From contig DAUW01000131.1 of the NCBI GenBank assembly GCA_002505355.1, positions 1 through 44,644 on the forward strand: a stretch of 44,644 bases of DNA, read 5' to 3'. A program made the position numbers and the translations under genes. Under the pieces are notes generated by a model, which had not been told where the DNA came from, did not search any database, and was given only the letters and a program-made list of their open reading frames with translations. The stretch comes from Euryarchaeota archaeon UBA229. Lineage in GTDB: Archaea; Thermoplasmatota; Poseidoniia; Poseidoniales; Poseidoniaceae. This document shows positions 17,552 through 25,759 of the stretch, one piece after another; within the stretch, counting starts at the first letter, position 1; each line of letters opens with the position of its first letter.

Positions 17552-19282
17552 TTATGAAATTTTGATTATGCGTGTTGACCGTTGATCAATTCTTAATTGA
17601 GGTAAGCCAGAGCGCCAACCCAATTCTGCTGAGATTATTTTTATACGATCCTCAACCATGAGTTCAAGCAAATTTGATGTTATACTGGATCCAAATGCTA
17701 CAACTTCAGCGATATGGTCGCCGTCCCAAATATGTATACTTAGCATAGACCACGGCTTTTCGTCTAATCTAACACCTTCTCTATGGTCTATAGATACTAT
17801 CACTCCTTCAACGTTGGCTCTTGTCCGCATCAATCCAATGCGAGTTAGTTTGAGCTCCTCAATCTCAGATAAGGATTCTGATTTTGAGGGAATTATAGTG
17901 CTCTTACTATCTAGGTAAAGCCGAGGGTTGCCACGCCATACACCAGGTAAAGCATTGATAATTATGACCTCTCCATCGCTTTGATTATGGAGAGTAGGAA
18001 AAGCGTTTGGTTCGCTTTCCTCTACGGTTACTTGAGACCCGGAGACGCTAACCATGGCACCAAGAACCGGTTCAGCGTAATGGTTGGGCAATGGACCCCA
18101 TTGACCGGTAAACCTCCCTTTGACATTTATTCTTGCTTGAATTTCTCCTATTTTTTGGCTTGGGGGGGAGATCTCGAATTTAATTTTGTCTAGCTTTTGT
18201 AAATACTCAGAATCTTGCTCGATGCCCAGTTCACCATAGGTACACCAGAAGCATCCTGCAGATTTTGTGCAAGGTTTTGGATAACTGCCTGGGAATTTTA
18301 CCGGACCCTCACCGAGGCCCAACATATTTTGATGTAGGTCCTTGTATCTACTACCGAGTTTATTCATCTGTTGAGTATTTGGCACCTCAAATTGTACTCT
18401 GTCCGGACCATCTAGATACCAGCCTTCTATGCCATCAACAAGTTGTTTGCTATGTGTTTCATACCAAAGCCATGCATAAAATGTCAATTGATGAATTAAG
18501 GATTCAGCGAATTTTGATGATGGGTTACCTGACTTAATATCGATTAGTCTTATCCTTCCATCCCATCTGATGACTAAATCAAGTTCTCCAGCAGCCCACC
18601 CATCTGGATGAAACATCCTTTGCGGTTGGTGAACTCTTGGATCTTTAATCCACGGCCTAGCTATCTCCCATGCTTCGCACCAAGTTACTGGTTTACCATT
18701 ATCTTCCCAAGTAAAAGGTTCATCTTCAGCCCAAGTGCGCAAGCCAAAATTCCTAACCTTATCTGGTATCGGGAATTTTGGCTCATCGCCCCAAGCAGGG
18801 CTAGGAATATCATACGGCTGTCGCTGAGCCCTGAAAGTCTCTAAATATGGCCCGCCGCCAGAATGGTAGCAGGCTTCAACCTCTTGTAAAAATAGGTCTA
18901 AACCATTTTTTATCTTTCGAGACAGTTCCTCAACCTCGACATTATCCCAGTCATTTCCGTCTCTGCGCCAGAGCACCGCATCCCATTTCCTCTTGCCAGC
19001 AGTGAAGCAGCGTTCTGCCTCTAAATCTGCTAAGTTAAAGCACCAATTTCTCAAAGCCTCAAGAGAATCGATATCTGATGGTCGCCTCATCAAAACCGAG
19101 CAAAGTGAGTCCTCAATTACAATCCCCAAAACCTGTGCTATCGATTTTGGACTTGACAGACCTAACTTACTTGACAGAAAGAATTGTTTCTCGCATCGCA
19201 GGAACTTTGTTAATGACGATGCCGACAATCTAGTTCTCGTCCTGCTTAGTGGACCTCCTGATGGCGGCGTTCCAAATGGCAT
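17552..19282 (-). CDS. PD-(D/E)XK (Cas4/AddB-like) nuclease with C-terminal OB folds, paralog B
   Basis: LSAS...C, GELD...IDIK, QLTFYA and C.....CFWC, followed by an OB-like C-terminus (ANVEGVIVSI...IHIWDG...VVAFG). Confidence 0.8.
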   Translation of the reverse strand: MPFGTPPSGGPLSRTRTRLSASSLTKFLRCEKQFFLSSKLGLSSPKSIAQVLGIVIEDSLCSVLMRRPSDIDSLEALRNWCFNLADLEAERCFTAGKRKWDAVLWRRDGNDWDNVEVEELSRKIKNGLDLFLQEVEACYHSGGGPYLETFRAQRQPYDIPSPAWGDEPKFPIPDKVRNFGLRTWAEDEPFTWEDNGKPVTWCEAWEIARPWIKDPRVHQPQRMFHPDGWAAGELDLVIRWDGRIRLIDIKSGNPSSKFAESLIHQLTFYAWLWYETHSKQLVDGIEGWYLDGPDRVQFEVPNTQQMNKLGSRYKDLHQNMLGLGEGPVKFPGSYPKPCTKSAGCFWCTYGELGIEQDSEYLQKLDKIKFEISPPSQKIGEIQARINVKGRFTGQWGPLPNHYAEPVLGAMVSVSGSQVTVEESEPNAFPTLHNQSDGEVIIINALPGVWRGNPRLYLDSKSTIIPSKSESLSEIEELKLTRIGLMRTRANVEGVIVSIDHREGVRLDEKPWSMLSIHIWDGDHIAEVVAFGSSITSNLLELMVEDRIKIISAELGWRSGLPQLRIDQRSTRIIKIS

Positions 19283-19290
19283 ACTATCAC

Positions 19291-21063
19291 CTACTTTGAT
19301 TCGAATGAGTAATAATCACCAGAACTTTGTTGCTCCCTATCCTTACGACTCTCCGGTTTGTTTATCCGCGGGCGCTTGGAATCGTGATCCCTCCTGAAAG
19401 TGATATTGACTTGGTGTAAAAATTTGTTCATACCATCACGCAGTGGGTATGGACCAGTTGCTCTACCATGTTGACCGCCTTCGCCATCAAACACCATCAA
19501 TGAATCGCTTAGAATATCAATGAAGTAAACATCGTGATCAATGACAAGAGCCGATTTCTCATTAGCCTCCATGGTTCGACGAATTGCTTTGGCGGCTTCC
19601 ATTCGGGCATTTGCATCTAAGTGGGCAGAAGGTTCGTCTAAGAGATACAAGTCTGCTTCTCTACCTAGACATATCGCAATTGAGACAGCTTGTCTTTCAC
19701 CACCTGACAATTTTTTCACGCGCTTTGGTAACAGTTGGTCAACACCAAGTGCCTTGATTACGTTGACATTAAATTCACCACTACGCCACTTTGCTCCCAG
19801 TTCACTGTCCAGCCATAACTGAACACTACAGTCCATATCAACATCGATATGCTGGGGCTTGTAGGAAACTGTTGGTTTGTTTTCGACCCAACCCTCATCA
19901 TAATCAAGTAAACCGGCAATTATCTTCATCATCGTTGACTTTCCGGTGCCGTTGGGGCCAACAACACCAACGACCTCGCCTCTGTGTAAAGCGCCTTTTT
20001 CAGCACTGAATGTAAAATCACCAAGGGTCTTCTGTAAATCAGCCCATGAAATTATTTGGTTACCTGATAAATTGCTTCTATCCCTGTGCAATAGGAATTT
20101 TATCGGCTTGCTCCTAATCCTAACATTTTGTTCCGGTAGATATCCATCCAAATACGCATTTATTGCCTGTCGTGTTGTTCGGGCTGGCGTGAAAACACCA
20201 AATGCACCTTTTTTGCCGTAGACAATGTGAACCAAATCTGCCAGTACATCCAATACCGCTAGATCGTGTTCAATGACAATTACTCGTTTTGTTTCCGATA
20301 ATTTTTGAATAATCTTAACTATTTTCATTCGCTGATAAATGTCCAAATATGATGATGGTTCGTCAAAGAAGTAAACTTCGGCGTCTCTCATCAAGGTGGC
20401 ACAAATTGCCATTCTTTGCAATTCACCGCCCGATAGTTGCTTGACCTTTCGGTCAAGCAAGTGCGCTAAACCTAACTCGTTCGTAATTTCCTCAAAAATA
20501 CCCCGCTCATCTACCTTTGACAACAGCTGGCCGACTGTCCCATCTACCCTCTTTGGAATTTTGTCGACATTCTGTGGCTTTACGGCGACAGTAATTTTCT
20601 GTTCCTTTACAGCAATAAAAAAATCTCTCAGTTCTCCTCTAGGCAGGGTCTCAATTATTTTTTCCAGATCGGGTGACTTATCCTCCCAATCACCCAGATT
20701 TGGCACCATACGACCAGACAGTGCGTTAATCGCGGTGGACTTACCCATCCCATTTGGTCCTAGAATACCGACTACACTGTCCTTTGAAGGGGTCGGTAAT
20801 TTGAACAATCTGAATCCATTAAGGGAGTAGCGATGTACCATATCCGTTTCCAATTCAGCTGGTAGATTGATGATTATAACTGCATCATCAGGGCAATGTT
20901 TTGCCCTTACCACGCATGGGGGGCAAGCACTCTCAAGGATCCTTATCTTATCGCCGTCCACTTGAATACATTCTGCACTACAGGATTTTGACCACTTTTT
21001 TAGGTAATCGAAGGCGTTGCTATTTGGTTTGCAACGATCTTCTATCAGCACCGCAATACGCAA
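19291..21063 (-). CDS. rli: Ribosome recycling ATPase ABCE1/Rli1 with atypical N-terminal Fe-S domain
   Basis: MRIAV N-terminus, two NBDs (GPNGMGKS and GPNGTGKS; LSGGE twice; FDEPS and LDEPS) and C-terminal FRRD...RPRINK..S.KD.EQ...G.YY. Confidence 0.95.
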   Translation of the reverse strand: MRIAVLIEDRCKPNSNAFDYLKKWSKSCSAECIQVDGDKIRILESACPPCVVRAKHCPDDAVIIINLPAELETDMVHRYSLNGFRLFKLPTPSKDSVVGILGPNGMGKSTAINALSGRMVPNLGDWEDKSPDLEKIIETLPRGELRDFFIAVKEQKITVAVKPQNVDKIPKRVDGTVGQLLSKVDERGIFEEITNELGLAHLLDRKVKQLSGGELQRMAICATLMRDAEVYFFDEPSSYLDIYQRMKIVKIIQKLSETKRVIVIEHDLAVLDVLADLVHIVYGKKGAFGVFTPARTTRQAINAYLDGYLPEQNVRIRSKPIKFLLHRDRSNLSGNQIISWADLQKTLGDFTFSAEKGALHRGEVVGVVGPNGTGKSTMMKIIAGLLDYDEGWVENKPTVSYKPQHIDVDMDCSVQLWLDSELGAKWRSGEFNVNVIKALGVDQLLPKRVKKLSGGERQAVSIAICLGREADLYLLDEPSAHLDANARMEAAKAIRRTMEANEKSALVIDHDVYFIDILSDSLMVFDGEGGQHGRATGPYPLRDGMNKFLHQVNITFRRDHDSKRPRINKPESRKDREQQSSGDYYSFESK

Positions 21064-21145
21064 ACTTGTTCCCTCACATTACGCTAGTTGTATTACTCTT
21101 TTCAATGCTCTACACAATCCGAGCAAGATTGCTCAGTTAGAACAA

Positions 21146-21685
21146 TCAAATTAGGCCTTTCAGGTGTTCGTGCCCTTTGATTAGTTTGATTGTGCACGGT
21201 GTTGGAAACTTCATGCTTGCTTTTCTCAAAGCATCTCTAGCAGTAAGATAAAATTCTGGATTTACCTGAATCGAGATTACTCTTTGACCACGCCTGACGC
21301 GTGCTGCAGTTCCAACATTCTTACCAAACGCACAGCGCATTCCTTGAGAGACACGGTCAGCTCCGGCGCCGGTTGCTTGTTTATTTTCTCGCAGGACGTG
21401 ATGTGGGTAAGTGTGGACTCGCAAGGCATATCCCATTGTCCCTGCTTCCTTTCTGATGGTTGAGTTCGAGATAACACGTGCGGCCTCAAGCGCAGTGTGT
21501 CTGATTTGACAATCATTGTCAGCAAGCAGTTCGACTACAACGGAAAACTGCCCTGTTTCTGCCGCTCTTCGATTGCCTACATGGAATTGGTGAATTCTGT
21601 TGTTTGGCACACCACCGATATACTTACGACGAGTATAAGCAGGTCCTTTCAATCTTCGGTACATCGATGCGGGTTTACGTGCCAT
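21146..21685 (-). CDS. rpl10e: 50S ribosomal protein L10e (uL16)
   Basis: MARKP..MYR, YTRRKYIGGVP, QIRH.ALEAAR and GAGADRVSQGMR. GGAGG RBS precedes ATG 21685. Confidence 0.97.
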   Translation of the reverse strand: MARKPASMYRRLKGPAYTRRKYIGGVPNNRIHQFHVGNRRAAETGQFSVVVELLADNDCQIRHTALEAARVISNSTIRKEAGTMGYALRVHTYPHHVLRENKQATGAGADRVSQGMRCAFGKNVGTAARVRRGQRVISIQVNPEFYLTARDALRKASMKFPTPCTIKLIKGHEHLKGLI

Positions 21686-21847
21686 GTTAGACCTCCAAGC
21701 ATTCCTGCGAATCATGTTCCCTTTATGACTTCTCCGCATGATGCTAGACCTATTATGTTAGGAAAATTTACGAGATATGCTGCAAGAATAAAATGCTAGT
21801 TATTCTAACCCAAACCAAAGGGAGTGTCTGTTGTGGTATGGCGGAAG

Positions 21848-23020
21848 ATGCTCCAACAAGAATCTGAGCATCAGTGGTTAGCGATTTCGGCATTCTTTGT
21901 TTTCGTGCTAATCGGGGCAATTTTCCTCCGGGGTACGAGTCACTTGCCTGGAATTGACATGACTGATAATGAATTAGGCTTGGAGCACAGGATAATTGAA
22001 TCTGTATACCTAGACAGTAATAATTACGTGGCTTTAGAATACAGTGCTGGAGAGTATAACTTGGTTAGCGTTAACAACGGTGAGCCTGACTATATCCTAG
22101 CAGAAATGACTGATTATGACGAGAGCAGAATTAACAACCTAGAGCTACTAACCAACGATTCGGTGTTGATTGGCAACGCATTAGACAATATGCTGCTACA
22201 TGATGGATTTAGTATCTCACCTTTCACAACAAATTATGGAGACGCCGATTTCCTGACGACAAACATAAAACAGTCCTCAGATGAAGAACAAAATTACCTA
22301 ATGATAACTTTGGAGAGTGACAATAACAGGAGCATAAGAGGTCTAAATTCGAGTGGTATTACCAGCGCAGAAACCCAAAATTTGGCAAATGTAGACTGGG
22401 AGAAAATTCAGCATATATCGAATGATTTGTGGATGCTATCAGGTAGGTATAATCAACCTGCAACTACCGGTGATGAAAGTCCTGCAGCTCCTAATCTGAA
22501 ACCGGTTTGGGCTACTGTTCTCTGGAACGGAGGATACATTGCCCCGATGTTTGAGAAACTACATATCGGAGAATACGGCGAGTACCATTCGATGATTAAT
22601 CTGAATCAAGAAAAAATAATCATTGCCGGAACGCATGAAACAATATTATTCGATTACACAACAGGAAGCGTGGAGAATATCGGCTATTCTAGTGTCTCGG
22701 GCGTTGCAGACAAACATGATAGTGCATGGTTGTTTAATGGTAAGGATTCAAGATCCGTACTGCGTTTTCACGATGAATCCTGGGAAGTAAAATCACTACC
22801 ACACGTTATCCCACTGACTGTGGAAACAACTGGATTTGATGGTGAAACGATTTATTTACACGGGATAGATGATAACGGGGCTGCCAAGGTCATGACCTTT
22901 GACACTACAGCAGTAGGTTCTATAGAATCTGGAAGTGGTTTTATTAATCTCGCCTTCATCATAATTTCGCTAGTAATGTTTGCCGTTATGACGGTAAACA
23001 TATCCGATAAATTCCGCTAG
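21848..23020 (+). CDS. Membrane-anchored beta-rich extracellular protein (TM helices at both ends)
   Basis: N-terminal and C-terminal hydrophobic helices flank an acidic beta-strand-rich domain. Start uncertain (21824 or 21848). Confidence 0.65.
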   Translation: MLQQESEHQWLAISAFFVFVLIGAIFLRGTSHLPGIDMTDNELGLEHRIIESVYLDSNNYVALEYSAGEYNLVSVNNGEPDYILAEMTDYDESRINNLELLTNDSVLIGNALDNMLLHDGFSISPFTTNYGDADFLTTNIKQSSDEEQNYLMITLESDNNRSIRGLNSSGITSAETQNLANVDWEKIQHISNDLWMLSGRYNQPATTGDESPAAPNLKPVWATVLWNGGYIAPMFEKLHIGEYGEYHSMINLNQEKIIIAGTHETILFDYTTGSVENIGYSSVSGVADKHDSAWLFNGKDSRSVLRFHDESWEVKSLPHVIPLTVETTGFDGETIYLHGIDDNGAAKVMTFDTTAVGSIESGSGFINLAFIIISLVMFAVMTVNISDKFR

Positions 23021-23116
23021 GCATTATCATGACAACATGTCTTTTATTGTTGAGTTGTTGACAACCTTCATTTGCTGTGCTCATTGACCATCTACCCCTG
23101 CGGTGTGGTGAGTCTG

Positions 23117-25759
23117 TTGTCGAAGAGAACAATGATGGACCAATTCATGGAAATCAAACGGGAACATCCAGGAACGATATTGTTTTTTAGAATGGGTGAT
23201 TTTTATGAATTGTTCCATGAGGATGCCGAGATTGCTGCACCTGTCTTGGGTTTAGCCCTTACATCCAGAGATAAGAATGCGGAAAACCCCATTCCAATGG
23301 CTGGCTTCCCTTGGCACGCACTAGAAGACAATTTACGAATCATGCTGAAGGCAGGGTTCAAAGTCACAGTTGCAGAACAAGAACAGCAACTGCGTGAGGG
23401 AGCTAAGTTACTTGAACGGGTGGTTACAAGAATATACACACCAGGTAGCCTATATGAAGAGTCGCTGCTTAATTCAAACGAAAGATCTGTGCTGTGTTCG
23501 ATAGTTCTCGGTAAATCCTCATTGAGTATGGCGGTAATCGATTCGTCAACAGGAGAATCATGGGCCTCTACCTGGTTTGATAACGAACGCTTCAGCAGCC
23601 TTCAGGACGAATTGTTACGATGGAATCCGGCAGAGATTGTGATATCTCCAAAAGATGCTGAAAACGATGAGTTGTGCACTATTTTTGCTAATTTAAACGA
23701 TTGTGTAATATCCCAACACAGTGTCAATAAAAAGCGGCGAATCGAACGTTTAGAGGCTATTTTACAGGTTTCCGATTTAGGCCACCTAGACCTGGATAGT
23801 TCACCGTTATCAATTGAAGCAGCAGGATTTGCCGCTGACTACTTAGCCGAAGTACACTTCAAGGACGACATACCATTACGCGACTTACAAATCGTTGAAG
23901 AGACCGGTCACCTAGTGGTCGACCAAACAACTCTTCGTAATCTTGAGATTACCACAACACTATCTGGCGAATATGATGGTAGCCTAATTTCGAGTATGAA
24001 TTATTGCCGAACAGCAATGGGCCGAAGGCTAATGAAAACCTGGTTACTCAGACCACTACACCAGATTGATGCCATCGAATTGAGGCATAATGCAGTTAAG
24101 GTACTAAAGTCGTCCTCAAAACGCCTGGATTTGCTTAGACAAAGCTTGAACGGGCTGCGTGATTTAGAAAGATTATCAACTCAGCTTGCCTATAACCGAA
24201 GCAATGCAAGAGATCTTCAAGCTACTGCTCTGGCACTTGAACGAATGCCTGCCATTATGCAGATATGTCGTGAAACGGATAATCTGCTTTTGTCTCATTT
24301 AAGCGATGGACTAATCGATTTATCCGATCTTGCCGAGAGTATTATTAGAACTCTAAATGATGACTTACCGCTTGGGTTGAGAGACGGCCAAATAATAAGG
24401 GACGGTGTTGATGAAGGGCTAGATGAATTGCGTGTTATCGCAGCTGAAGGTTATGAATGGTTTAGGACTCTTGAAATTAGCCTGCGTAACGAGCTTAACA
24501 TCCCTAACTTAAAACTCAAGATGAATAGACAGATTGGCTGGTTCATTGAAGTGACAAACTCACATCTCGATAAGGTTCCAACGGACTGGATAAGGAAGCA
24601 ACAAATGACCAATGGCTCAAGGTTTACTACGGAAGAAATCATTGAAAGGGACAACCTGCTGATGACGGCAGACTCAAAGATAAAACAACTGGAATATCAA
24701 CTATTCCAAAATCTCCGAGACGAGTGTCGTAAGCATTCGACTTCTTTGGCAACTATTGCCGGTAAAGTCGCCGCAATAGACGTATTGCAATGTTTCGCAA
24801 CAGTTGCTCGAAAAAGAAACTGGACCAAACCAAAAATGGTTGATGATTCAACTATTAGCATCAAGCAATCTAGGCACCCAGTATTAGAACAAGACCTCGG
24901 TTTCGTCGCCAATGATATATCGATGGACAAACATAACAGATTTTTACTAATTACTGGACCAAACATGGGTGGTAAGTCAACCTACCTTAGAACCGCAGCG
25001 CTAATTTCCATTCTGGCGCAGTCGGGAAGTTATGTGCCAGCAGAAGCGGCAAAACTTGGATTAGTTGACCGTATATTTACCAGAGTTGGTGCGAGCGACG
25101 ATTTGAAACGTGGACGGTCAACGTTCATGATGGAGATGATTGAAGTAGCCCACATATTGAGGAAAGCAAGCAATAACTCACTTGTTTTATTAGATGAAAT
25201 CGGCAGGGGTACCTCAACATTTGATGGCTTGTCGATTGCTTGGTCTGTTACTGAAGATATTTGCAATAGATTAGGATGCAGGACGTTATTCGCCACCCAC
25301 TACCACCAGCTAGTGGGCCTAGAAGAGGACATAGCCACACTGAAGAATATTCATGTCCAAGTATCACAGTCTGATGGGAAGCTGAAGTTTCTACATACTA
25401 TTGCAGATGGACCTTGTGATGATTCTTATGGAATACAGGTTGCTGCCTTAGCCGGCTTACCAAGAGGAGTTGTTGAAAGAGCCACAGACTTACTACAGTT
25501 CCTAGAAAAACAAGCATATGGAGCAAAGGCAGGAGATTCCGCCTCACCGTCGGCTAGAGAGGTTGGGCAAACTAGCCTTATGGGTTATTTCGCCGCCGCA
25601 TCACTAGCCAAGTCACAGACTGACCGGAAATCTTCTTCCATTGAAGATACCAAATTATACTCTTATCTGAATGGTCTGAATGTTGATAATATGTCTCCCA
25701 AGGAGGCAATGAATGCCCTTTACGAAGCAAAATCACTGATGGAGGACTACCATGGATAG
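23117..25759 (+). CDS. mutS: DNA mismatch repair protein MutS (MutS1)
   Basis: FFRMGDFYELF mismatch motif, TGPNMGGKSTY, STFMMEM, DEIGRGTST, FATHY and SYGIQVA. TTG start after GGTGA. Confidence 0.97.
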   Translation: MSKRTMMDQFMEIKREHPGTILFFRMGDFYELFHEDAEIAAPVLGLALTSRDKNAENPIPMAGFPWHALEDNLRIMLKAGFKVTVAEQEQQLREGAKLLERVVTRIYTPGSLYEESLLNSNERSVLCSIVLGKSSLSMAVIDSSTGESWASTWFDNERFSSLQDELLRWNPAEIVISPKDAENDELCTIFANLNDCVISQHSVNKKRRIERLEAILQVSDLGHLDLDSSPLSIEAAGFAADYLAEVHFKDDIPLRDLQIVEETGHLVVDQTTLRNLEITTTLSGEYDGSLISSMNYCRTAMGRRLMKTWLLRPLHQIDAIELRHNAVKVLKSSSKRLDLLRQSLNGLRDLERLSTQLAYNRSNARDLQATALALERMPAIMQICRETDNLLLSHLSDGLIDLSDLAESIIRTLNDDLPLGLRDGQIIRDGVDEGLDELRVIAAEGYEWFRTLEISLRNELNIPNLKLKMNRQIGWFIEVTNSHLDKVPTDWIRKQQMTNGSRFTTEEIIERDNLLMTADSKIKQLEYQLFQNLRDECRKHSTSLATIAGKVAAIDVLQCFATVARKRNWTKPKMVDDSTISIKQSRHPVLEQDLGFVANDISMDKHNRFLLITGPNMGGKSTYLRTAALISILAQSGSYVPAEAAKLGLVDRIFTRVGASDDLKRGRSTFMMEMIEVAHILRKASNNSLVLLDEIGRGTSTFDGLSIAWSVTEDICNRLGCRTLFATHYHQLVGLEEDIATLKNIHVQVSQSDGKLKFLHTIADGPCDDSYGIQVAALAGLPRGVVERATDLLQFLEKQAYGAKAGDSASPSAREVGQTSLMGYFAAASLAKSQTDRKSSSIEDTKLYSYLNGLNVDNMSPKEAMNALYEAKSLMEDYHG

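Noticed and set aside
15685-19282. CRISPR-Cas locus suggested by Cas4-like motifs
   Set aside because: No repeat-spacer array, cas1, cas2 or effector genes are visible, and the proteins are about three times Cas4 length with extra domains.
15350-19282. Island integrated at tRNA-Ser
   Set aside because: No integrase and no duplicated tRNA 3' end were seen. The tRNA 3' side faces the core PAC2 gene, and the nucleases are tightly coupled to ABCE1.
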